This document shows positions 24,801-36,800 of a stretch of DNA of 64,000 bases, piece by piece. Numbering within the stretch: the stretch's first letter is position 1; every line of letters starts with the position of its first letter. Below the pieces are notes generated by a model. The model saw nothing but the letters and a program-made list of their open reading frames with translations. It was not told the origin of the DNA and made no database searches. Source of the DNA: Lama guanicoe. Taxonomy: Eukaryota. The position numbers and the translations under genes were made by a program. The stretch spans positions 5,516,659 through 5,580,658 of the forward strand of contig MU053379.1 in NCBI GenBank assembly GCA_013239625.1. The letters run 5' to 3'.

Positions 24801-27800
24801 GAGGACAGCCTCAGGGAGGGCTCCTGAGCCCGGGCCGCTCGGCAGCCGCGCGTCACCAGGACAGCCCGCCCCCGGGACGTGGGGAGACCGGCCTGCTCGG
24901 AACCGGGGCGTCAGTGCGTGACGGCCGCCCGCACGCGGGGAGCAGCTCGTGGGCTGCCCAGGCGTCGCGCAGCGTCACGCAGGGTCCTTCAGTCTCGCGC
25001 AGGGTCACGCAGCGTTCTGCCGCGTCCTTCAGCCTCACGCAGGGTCACGCAGGGTTACGCAGCCTCTCACAGCCCCACGCTGCGTCGCGCGGCCGCCGGT
25101 CCCTGACGCGCTCTGTGGCTCCTGCAGGGGGAGCGCCGCGGCCCGGCCCTGAGGGAGGCAGAGGACCTGTGCAGGCTGCGCTGTCTCACTGCGGTTTTCC
25201 TGCTCCGCGCGCCTCTTCCCCAGAGAGCCCGCACCAGAGTCGTGGCTTCCCGCTGGACCGAGGAAATTCAGACCGCCTTACAGATGGTGAGTGGACGCTC
25301 GGCCAGGGGGCCTTGTCTCTGGTGTATGGGAGCCACGTCAGCGCGGGCGCCTGAAAGGGTCAGTGGCCTGGTCAGTCCCTTCCGAACCCCAGCAGCTGTG
25401 TTTGCGGTAGGACCGGCCGCACGCTGTCTCCAGCTTGAGGGGACCATCTCTCCCGCTCCGCCTGCGTCAGGGCCGGTGTCAGGTCAGGCCCAGGGTCAGG
25501 GCTGGGGCGGGGGTCAGGGCCGGCATCGGGATCGGGATCGGAGTCAGGGTTGGGGTCAGGCCCCAGGTCAGGGTTGGAGCCGGGGCCAGGGCCGGGGTCA
25601 GGGCCAGGGTCAGGGCTGGGGCGAGGGCCGGGGTCAGGGCCAGGGCTGGGGCGAGGGCCGGGGTCAGGGTCAGGGTCAGGGCTGGGGCGAGGGCCGGGTC
25701 AGGGCTGGGGGCCGGGGCCAGGGCTCGTGGCCCTGTCCTCTGCGCTGCGCAGCCCGCCTGTCTGCAGGGGCGTCTGCTTCTTGCTTCTTCTTCAGCCTGA
25801 GCCCCACCCGTGGCCTTTCCCTCATCTCCTGTCCCTGGAGTGTGCGTCTCTGAATAAATCTTCACTCAAAAAAAAAAAGAAAGAAAGAAAGAAAGAAAAA
25901 TCAGGGTTTTGTGATGTCAACTGGGAGAGAACAGTGACCGTCATGTTCTGCTCTTGAGAGCCGTTGAGGAAAGCAGTCTGATTGTTTATTATTTTCGTCC
26001 AGTATTGAGGATATTTAGGGAAAATATGTTGACTTGAAAAAAATAGCGAAAGAAAACCTTACCCAGGAGCCCACGCAAATCAGTGCTGGTCACCATTCAT
26101 GTTTCAGTTTATTCTTTTTGGTGTAAATGCGTAGGTTTTTCTCTGTTATGTGTAATTGTTTCTAACATTGGGACTATACATGGTTATAGGTAAAGATATA
26201 TATAATGTATAGTCTATACTTTTTTTCTTTCCACGTGTTTTCCCAGTTTCTCCCTCACTCCACTCATTCTGTGGTGGCTATTGGCTGCTTTCGATGGACA
26301 CAGTGTGGTCTGGGAAGTGAAGAGGGCGTTTGCTGTGTTATAGGTGCTGCTGCTCCCAGGTTCTTCATGTGTGAGTCTTTCCCTTTGATCTGGGGACTCC
26401 ATGCCGAGAAATGGGATTAGCAGACCTTTTTTACGGATCTTGACACTTAGAGTCCAAGTGCTCAGGGAGAGTACTTTAGAACCAGTCAGTTAGGAAGCCA
26501 GTCCACAGGTGTCGACCCACTGCACACGCGTTGCATGAGTCCTAGGGAGGAAGCTGAGAACCTAGTCCCCCCACCCCCAGCACTGTCATAGAGCCCTGTT
26601 TTGCGGGGGAGACAGATACTGAATTTTTAAAATTTACGTTAAGGAGGAACTGCAGGATGCTTTAGTACCCAATAATGGGAAGACTCCACTCAGTCTGAGA
26701 AGGATGGCTTCTCCTAAGAAATAAAGAAGTCAGGTAACCCGAGTCTGTTGGTTTGGGCTGGTTTCACTGGTGGTGCCTCAGCGATGTCCGCTGTGGCAGC
26801 TCATGGCGTGTGCGGGCAGCACTTCCAGTCCAGGTGTGGAGGGGTGGGCCTGGGTCTGCAGCCGTGAGCACTTCCAGGGGACACAGGATCATGTGCTTCT
26901 GCTGGTGTCCAGTGAAAGTACGTTCCTGTGTCCTAAAGCCCACTGGGGAACCCTTTCCTTGGCATTTTCCATCAGGAAGAGGCAGACTGTGGTTCACTAA
27001 AGCGATAGAGATACAGTCTTTAGCGCCTATTTAATTCACTTCAGGCATCTTAGTGTAAGTCGTGCCAGGGCAGTACGCTGAGCCTAGGAATACTGTACGT
27101 CAGACACTGAAATAATATGATACAGCATCAACAATGTTGTGCTATGAGTTTTGCTGTAAATTTACTTTCGAGAAATACTTAATTTTTTGCCAACTTTGTG
27201 TCGGTTGAATTACATGTACTCAACTACTGAATGGTATGTATATATTAATTGTGGTATTGATTTACAGATGTAAAGGAGTGCTCTGTATGTGTAATTTTCA
27301 CTTACCTGAGTTTCATAAACAGTTTTTTAATGCACAGTGGGTATTAAATGAAAAGAATAGTACTGAGTCTTTCTAAATGATGGGATGTTCTTGGGGGACC
27401 CTGCAGGACATGCTCAGTGGTCTTGGCTGGTAGAAAACATCGTTCTTTAACTAGAGTGGTGTGGATGGCCAGATATGTGGGAAGAGCACTGTTTATTCCG
27501 TGCCCGTGTCAAGTGTGTCCTTGACCTCTGTTACTTCATTCAGACAACACTCCTCATATGTCCTCATTTTATGAATGAAAACCTGGGCTCAGGAAGGCTG
27601 AGTGGCCCCTTAGTGGGCAGCTAACAAATGACCAGGTTGAGGTCCTGTTTCATCTTAAGCCTGTGCCCTCCCATGCCCTCTGCTCTCCCTGCATGTTGGG
27701 AGTAGCTGATGACCCCTCACCCCTCCTCTGGTCTCCCCTTTCTCTGAGCTTCACTTGGGTAGCACCGGCACCAGGAAGCATAACTTCAGGGAGCCTCGGA

Positions 27801-30800
27801 CGTTTTGGCAGTAAAAGGCATATTCTGAGGTCTCTGGAGAAACTGAGCAGCTCAGCAAACTGCAGGGAGGGTTTCATGTTTGCTCCAATCTTGATACTTG
27901 AAGGCCACTTGTGGTGCCTGTCAGATGGAGTGAGTAACGTCGGGGACTTCTGGTGTTCTGTTCTCACACATTATTGCTGACTCAGTGGTATGATGGGGAA
28001 GGATCTGTGGCCTGGGGGTGGGGACAGACCTCACGTGCGTGGTTCCCAAAGTAGGGTCCCCTGACCAACAGTATCAGCATCACCTGGGACCTTGTTAGAA
28101 GTATAGATTCCTGGGTCCACCCAGACCCATGGGATCAATCTCTGTGGATGGTGCCCAGCAATCTGTCGTATTTAATAACCTTTCCAGGTGAGGCTTGTGC
28201 TGCATTTTGAGAATCACTGCTCCGTGGCTCTAAGGAAATCTCCTCAGTTTTTATTTGTAGATAAAACTACAGTTGAGGTGGGAGGTCCCTGCCTTTTTGG
28301 TATGTATGATTTAATCAGGAACCATAGGTAGCCGTCCTGAGTTACCTGGTTGGAGTGGAGCTGCCCAGCCCAGCGCAATAGCCAGCAGCCATAAGTGGAC
28401 AGTGGGCACTTGAGACATGGATAAGTCTAAAAGAGACACCATATTTCAAAAACTTAGTGTGAAAAACACGTAAGCTGTTCTGTTAATATTTTTATATTGA
28501 TTACACATTGAAATGATAATATTTTGGATATGTTGTGTTGAATGAAATAAGTTAAAATGAATTTCAGCTTATTTCTTTTATAATGTGACATCCAGAAGAT
28601 TTGAAATAACATTTACAACTTGCCTGTTTGCCTGTGTTACACTTCTGTTGGGTTACTCTGGATGCAGTGCCACATCGATCGAGATGACTGGAGAGCCTGA
28701 GTGTTTTATCAGTAAGGGATTTTAGTGCAGAGAGCTGGCCTTTTTTTCCCTCTGAACCTAACTCGTCAGACTCTAACACTGATGAAAGGATGACTCCGCT
28801 CACTCAGAGAAGTTATTGAACTCTTGTCTGCCTTGCTCTGTGCTAAACATGCTTGGGGAGACATCCTGCCTGTGACTGGCAGGGACACAGATGCACTTCT
28901 GTTAACTCTGTGGCTGCACAATGATGTAGGCTAATGGGAATCTTTGAGTTTGAAGGTTTCAGCATCTTCTAGATCCCTGAATGATCAAATGCTCCTTATT
29001 TTTTTTAATGCTCTTTTGACCTGGAAATAAAATGGAAAACATTAAATCCTAAGTAAATATTGTACATTTGAAAGCAATGTTTCTGTAGTCTTGGATTTGT
29101 GGGTTACAGTAGGAGAAAAAAATGTATTAGTCATGAAATACAGATTTCTGTGATTCAGAATACAGAACTATGATGAATTCATTTTTTGGTTAGTTTGATT
29201 TTATTTTAGCTTTAACCTTGCAAGGTATAAAGCACTCATCATTAACCAGCCCAGAAGGGCTCACATTAGTAAGAAAAGGAGGAGCCTGGCTACCTTACCC
29301 TACATGTTCAAGACCATGTTAGAGTTTACTGCTAATGTAAAAATTGTCAGTAACTTGGTTTTATTTCCAATTTTCAGAAAAGCTGGTGTGACTATTTCAT
29401 CCTAAGTAATATAAATGTTTTTGAATTTTGGAATCTGAATTTAACTCACCTTTCCGACTTAAGTGATGAGCTTTTGTTGAAAAATATAGCATTTTACTAT
29501 GAAGAAGAAAATGTTCAAGGTACCACCTTAGTATATTATAATAAGTATACTTTTATCCAGAGGTAGACCTTATAAAGGATTTAAAACTTCAAAATCATTT
29601 TTCTATACTTCCAACATATAACATAGCAGTCATCGTCTTTCCACTGTTTGTTTATACATGTATATAAGTTTTACTTAGTTGCAATCAGAGTGAATGCATT
29701 TTAAAACATTTTTAACTTAATATTACTCCACAAGTATTGTTAAAAACAATATGTGTTTGGGAAATTGGCATTTCTAGTTAACAGTTGAATTTTCCATTTA
29801 AATACATGCATAACATTTTTTCATAACATTAATGGAATCATTCTACTACTATTAGATATTTAGGGAATTTAAAATTTTTTCCAAAGATAAAGCTGATATA
29901 TATATATACATGTATTATATGTTATATGTAATTAATTTTCTTTTCTTTGCATCATTTTATGAGAATAAATGTTCTGTTTATTAATAGTGAAAGAAAAATA
30001 AGACACATTTTAAGAGAAGTATAACTAATTGAGCATTACCGTGAATCAACAGTACAGTGAAGCAACATTACTAATTGAGCAGAACCACTAAGTTTTGGTT
30101 CCTACATATTGCAAACACTGGAATGAGTTAGCTACAAATACATTTAGCAATTCTTTACAAACATTCTAACTTTTGAAAACTCATAGTTTTTATTCTGTTT
30201 TATTGATTGTAAAGCTATGTGTGACATAACATTTCTTACTACCTTGAAAAATAGTTAGGTGTTCACCATCTGTTATTGTTAGTTAAGATAGTTGTAATTT
30301 TAATACTTAGCTATCAAATGGGGAACAAGATAAATTTTAACGTGTGCAGTCTCACAGGCAACACTAGGGATCATTTTCCTTTAGGTTCAGTTTGGAACTC
30401 ACTGAAAATGTCACTGTTTGACAAGTATTTCAGAGTTCTATGACTTTAGTCAAAATAACTGCATCTGTGTATGTGTGAATGACTTTTAGTACTTACCACT
30501 TTTAACTCTTATACAGGTCTACATTTGAATTTGGGAAATGTCATTACGAAGGATTATGAACACCTCTGGGATACTGTATCAAAATTGGTCCGAAAGTTTG
30601 ATGTTGGAAAGCCATTTCCTCTGAGAACAACAAAACTTCCTTTTCTTAAAAAGGCTCCATCACCGATCAAAGGTAAGAGATCGCTGAATTAATTTGAAAG
30701 AAAAGCCTCATCCCTCTGAAAATGTTTTGAAACATTTGAACGTTGTTAACTAAATGTTGCAGATACAAGTATTTTCCTCGTGCTATGCATTTTCACAATA

Positions 30801-33800
30801 AATTACCTATATTGTCATATCCTTGGGGCAATAATACTTTGTAATTTGAAGTTTTATGTTTTGCTTGTAACTAATATTGCTGTCAATTTTAAAAAAAAGC
30901 AAGATACATGTGATTTCCATTTCTGTCAGCATGGAAGTGTTAGTAAGTGAAATGCTGGATAAAAGACACCAAACATCTTTGTATAAAATCGTAACTGAGC
31001 TCAAAACAATAGGAGGGAAATCTCAGGAGCCAACAAATGAAGGAAGAGACAGATCTACAGATCACTCTGAGAATTTCTAATTATAGGTCTGCTCTCTCAG
31101 GAATCTGGGGTTTGGTTTACTCTGTTATCAGGGTCAGGACCACGCTAAGCCAGAAAATAACCTTAAAGTGATCAAAGGAATCTGGCACATTCTCCATAGA
31201 AGAGCAACACGATAAACACTGGTTTTACAGGATTCTCTGTGAAATATGAGTGTAAACACAGATTTATAAAACAGCAGAAGAAATAAGTCCCAAGAGAAAC
31301 AAGAAGTTACAGAAATGGAACTCTTAAGTCCTTCAGGTTTTGTAATTATCCAAAGTAGATTGTACTATATGTGTGTTTAAAAATGTTTAAAGAAATAAAA
31401 TAGGAAATTTGAAATGTGAGAAAATAACAACACGATACAAAACATTTCACTCACTTTGTAAAGTAGCCAAAGTTGTAGAAATGAAAATACTGTCAGTGGA
31501 TAGGTTCGAAGCTGACGGGATTTTGCCAAAGAGAGAATTTGTGAACTAGAAGTAGGTCACAAGAATTATACATACAAATAGAGATGACACAGTGTATGCC
31601 TTAAATTTACACAATGTCGTATGTCAGTTATATCCCAATAAAGCTGGAAAACATTTGAAAATAACCAAAACAAGCAAAAAAAAATAGATACAAAAAATTA
31701 TAAAATACAAGTTATATCTTCCATGTCTTCATGGAATGAAGCACACTAATACTCGCATTACAGGGGTCCCAGAAAGAGAAGAGAGAGGGAAAGGACCTGA
31801 GGAAATTTTTGAAGAAATAATAACCGAAAACTTACCCAACTTGGTAGAGGAAACAGTCACCCAAGTCCAAGAATTGCAGAGTTGCACACAGGGTCAATCC
31901 AAAGAGGAGCACACCAAGGCACGTAGTAATCAAATTGACAAAAGGAGAAAATATTAAAATTAAAATGACTAAAATTAAAAGACTGACCATAGCAAGTGTT
32001 GGCAAGCTGTGAAGCAGCACTACTGATGGAATGCAGAATAACACAATACTAGGCTTCTACCTAATAGAAATGAAAACATTTTGTCCAAAGACTTGTACAT
32101 AACTGTTTATGGTGGCTTTCTTTGTGATAGACATTATCAACTAGAAAACATGTTTATATAACCATGCAATGGAATATAACAACAATGAAAAGGACTGAAT
32201 ACAGACCTAATAACTACATGAGTGAATTTCTAAATAATAATGCTGAGTGGAAGAAGCCAGAGAATAGATTATTCCATTTATATAAAGTTCTTGAAAATGC
32301 AAATTAATCTGTAGTTACAGAAATCATATCAGTGGTTTATTTCTGGACAGGGTCTAGATGTCAGGGAAGGAGGAAAGAGAGAGATTATAAAGACACACAA
32401 GAAACCCTTTGAAGATGATGTTTATATTTATTTTCTTGTTTGTGGTAAAGGTTTTGTGAATATATACATATGTCAAAACATCAAATTGTACACTTTAGAT
32501 ATGTGACCCTTGTCAGCTTAACCTCAATGAAGCTGTAATTTCAAATAAAAAAGATATAACAAGAAAAAATAAGAGACATGGAGGATAGAATGAAGATGTG
32601 TAACCTTTCATTCATTTGGAGATTCAGAAGCAGAGAATGAGCCAAGGTGGGTCAGGCAGTACTTGAAGAGATGATGGCTGGGCAGTTGCCTGGATGATGA
32701 AACAAGAATGTGCACGTCGAGGGCATACGATGTGTCCCAAGTGGGTCAGTTAACAACTGCACATGCACACTGAAAAATACCCATGCTAGACACAAGGCAA
32801 CAGAATCACAGAATGTGAAAAATAAGTATTTTAAAAGAATCAAGAGTTACTTACAGAGGAAAAATTTAGTCTGATAATAGACTTTCCCAGTAATGGTGAT
32901 AGAAATCAGAACATAATGAAATTATGTATAATTTTTAACATGTAATTTAAGAATGAAGGAGTAAAGTGGACATTTTCAAAAGTACAAACATGGATTTATC
33001 CATCATCCTGTCATGGCTGAAGATATTTCTGCATCATGAATTTCAGGAAGGATAAAATGACCCCAGAAGGAATGTGAAGGAAAGCTAAGGGGAAGTCAGG
33101 AGGTAGTTACAAGTATGGCTTTCAGAAGGCAGGGGAGGAATATATATCCTCTGCCCTTAGTCAGGATAAGTCCCCTAGACAAAGACTCTTGAGTTCGAAG
33201 AGATGGTTGGCCCCGGGAAGGTCAAATAAGGGAGTGTTAGGTAACACCAGGGAGAAAACATAGTCCATGCAGGGCGTTAACGAGTAGGTTTCCATGTGGG
33301 CAACTGCAGGTAAGTTATACTAGGAATTTTCAAACGGTGTGCAAACCACTTGGGAGATGTCTTACCCAAAGAGCAAGATAGCCAGGGTATTTACCCTGCA
33401 ACTTCCATCCAGTCTTTGGGGCATGAAATCCTTAGGACGCTGGCTGCACCCACAGCTGTAAGAGGAAGGTGCCCAGGTAGAGTTGTAGGGCTCATAGGAA
33501 GGTATCAGGCAGACACTGGAACAGCGAGCATCAGGGGAGTAATAGGCAGCCTACCTGGAATTAGGAGCCAGATATTAGATAAAAAGGCATTCGTTAGCCA
33601 GCTGTCATATATACAGTGTGCATGTGACATGTATGAACACTGTTGTGTGTGTGTATCCATGTTTGTAATATCCAGAAGGATGTAAGGGAAGACACCAGTG
33701 ATACCCAGTAACTTCACTGACATTGGTATCTTCCTCTACTGTTTTTTCATTTTATTTTCATAAAAGTATAATGTAAGAGATTTATGAGTGAGACTTCCAT

Positions 33801-36800
33801 GTTCAAATTCCTTGTCCCATACAATAAGATATAAGAAAAGGAATAAACATTTGGAAATAGGAAACAGGCGTTTTTCTGTCTATCTATCCATCCATCCACC
33901 TACCTACCTACCTACCTACCTACCTGAGTGCTGCCTTTCTTATACACTGCGGTGTTCCAGAGTGTTTTAATGTGGGAAGTAGCTTTATGGGATGGGCTGG
34001 AATTGATCAGTGTAAATTTAGATCAATGAAAAATATTTCTTTCAGTGTAAATTTAGATCAATGAAAAATGTTTCTTTAATGTGAAGTTTTGGAAAATGAT
34101 GTATAATATGTTTGTATGTATAATATGTATAAAAGTTTCACATTTGACCTTGTCTTAATTTTTTACTTGTTTACAGATACCTTCAAGGAAAAGATGCCTG
34201 ATTTGGGTTTTATTCCAATGTCATGTCAGGTGGTGGATAAGTTTGTTGGAGACATTTTGAAAGATTTGCCCTTCCTGGTGAGGTATGGGGCTCAAAGTGC
34301 CTCAGTAAATACCTGGGTGGAATGAATGAATTACTCATTAAAGATTCTATGAAATGTGACATTATTTATAAATAGGGTATGTTAGATGTAATGTGTTTGT
34401 AACACATGAGTTTAATATCAAAGCCTTTTGGATCATAACTAGGTTAAAATCAACATGATTTTAATCTTAGAGTAAAATCATTCTACCTGCATGTTTTTAA
34501 TTAATGAATTAATCTATGAATATTTGTTGATGTTGACCTCACTGTTAGAGATACACAGTGGAGTCTGGGTTCTTAAGTCCCTAATAAACTGCTCTTTGGA
34601 GCCTACCATCCACATTCTATGACAGAAAGAGGCAAGGTGGCTGTGATTTTTAAAACAAAATTTTTTTTAAATGAAATCTATGCTGTGTTTGGAGGCATGT
34701 GGTTTAAAATAAGCATGTACTTCCTGTCATCTCATAGTGACGACCCTGCTGTAACTTCGCTGGTCAGACAGAAGGAATTTGATGAACTCGTGCACTGGCA
34801 TTCCCACAGACCCCTCAGTGATGACTACGACAGGACAAAGTGTCAGTTCAATGGTCAGTGCTGCGACTCTGGTGAAACAAATTAAGATCGGTTTTACTCT
34901 CTTCCTGTTATTTTATAATGAAAAGTTGTCGTGTTATGAGCCAAGAGTTATACTTCTTGAATAATAACAGTGTTCTAGGTGTTTAGAGGTGTGTCAGTGA
35001 GGCAGGTGATGGAAGAGCCCCCCCTTGGTTGCTGACGGCCACCTGTCCATGGCACGCGGCTCTCTGGGGAGGAAATGCATGGTTAATGGCATTTATCCCC
35101 ACAGAAGTTAGAAGCTTTTTTAAGCAAAGACAGCTTGCAGTTTGACACCTGTGTGTTCCTTGACCTCAGAAATATTGAGGCCAAAGGCTTCTGAGCAGTT
35201 TCAGCAGCTTTCACAGCACTCAGTTGTCTGCTCGTCACAAGTATAGTGGTTCACCGCCATGGTGCTCAGGTTGGAGGGGCTGCCACAGGAGGCCAGTGTC
35301 ACTGCTGACAGTATGTCAGTGAGAGTGAGTTAGGGACCCTTCTCCCCGGCTCATCCCATGTCTTCCTCTCACCCTGGTCTACCCCCTGCTCAGCCCCTCC
35401 TTCACATGGACAAAACTTAGCATCAGAAAAATCTAGATGTGTACATGATAAGCATGCTCACACACACCACTCACCAGCCCGTTGATGGACACAGCAACCA
35501 AGATCCAAAAAAATACGAGGGACTTTTTAGATTAATCCCTAACATCCTTCCAAGTGGTTTGATTTGATATTGGCAGATAAGGATAGAAAAATCAACCCAC
35601 TGAATTATCCCCTTTAAGTGAGGACTGTAGTTTTCTTTGGGGCTGGGAGCAAGTCATAACTTTGTTGTTGGGGTTTCCTATGTCAATGGATTTTTCCACA
35701 GTGACAGGTTTTCTGAGCTGACAAGTTCTTGGCTCTGTGGCTGTGGTCTGGAGTAAGGGTTTTTCTATCAAGTGATGCAAGAAGGCCTAGATGGGTGTCT
35801 TCCTGATTTTTCCATCTTCCCCCGTTAACCTCCTTCACAGAGCACATGACAGAAGCAGTGCTCAGAAGCTGTCATTCTCTGCGGCATCTTGATGTTTACT
35901 TTGAGAGGTAGATGATGAAAGAGTGTTCTATCCCTTCCATCCTTTAAAGAATGAGGCTACAGACGAGAGAGCTTAACTGAAGATTCCCTCTTCAATGGAA
36001 GTAATCAGCCTAAATGACTGCTCCAAACTAAAAGGAAAAGTGTGTGTGTATGTGGGGGTGGGGTGGGGTGGTGTGAAGCATCAGTGAGAATGCTGTTGCA
36101 AAAATATACTTGTGTTGCATTTTAAGTCTTTTCTTTTTCAGAAAAACTTAGAGATCCTCATTATCTCAGATCTGTGCAAAAGTACCACGTTTTTCAGCGA
36201 TTTTATGGGAAGTCACTAGAATCAGTCTCTTCAAAACTTCTTGTAACTCAAGCCACCAAGCCCAAGAGGAATTTCTGTGAACCCAAGAGCAAAAAGGCAC
36301 AGGTAGTTTCTGTTAAGTCTATCCTTTTTAAAATTTTTTTTATATTTATCTTGTATTGTTATTTGTTCCATCTCTTTGGTAGTTGCTTTCCATACTGTGT
36401 TTTTAGAAAGTAAAGAGTTAGAAAAGATACTTCATGCAAGTGGAAACCAAAAGAAAGTAGGGGTAGCTATACTTATACCATACAAAGTAGACTTTCATGC
36501 AAAGACTGTAATAAGAGGAAAAAGGTCGTTATATAATGATAAAGCTGAAAACCTGAAAGCTTTTTCTCTAAGATCAGGAACAAGACAAGGATGCCCAGAC
36601 CACCACTTCTTTTCAACTTCGTACTGGAAGTTTTAGCCAGAGAAGTTAGGGAAGGAAAAGCAATAAAAAGCATCCACATTGGAAAGGAATAAGTCACACA
36701 GTCGCTATTTGCAGATGACATTACAGTACCTAAGAACCCTTAAAGACTCCACCAGAAACCTGTTAGAACTAATGAATTTTATTCTTCAGTAAAATGAAGA

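Larger units (their letters stand above)
24080..25850. other. Intragenic GC/CpG-rich island spanning intron 7, exon 8 and intron 8
   Basis: Abrupt switch from AT-rich intron to dense CpG sequence; exon 8 has 108/159 G+C by hand count. Confidence 0.9.

Noticed and set aside
24961..25090. Regular repeats considered as a CRISPR-like array
   Set aside because: Contiguous tandem units without unique spacers, in a mammalian intron, with no cas genes.
25242..25957. ORFs with GQGQGW, RVRAGA or PALALT repeats
   Set aside because: These are translations of the hexamer array, not protein genes.
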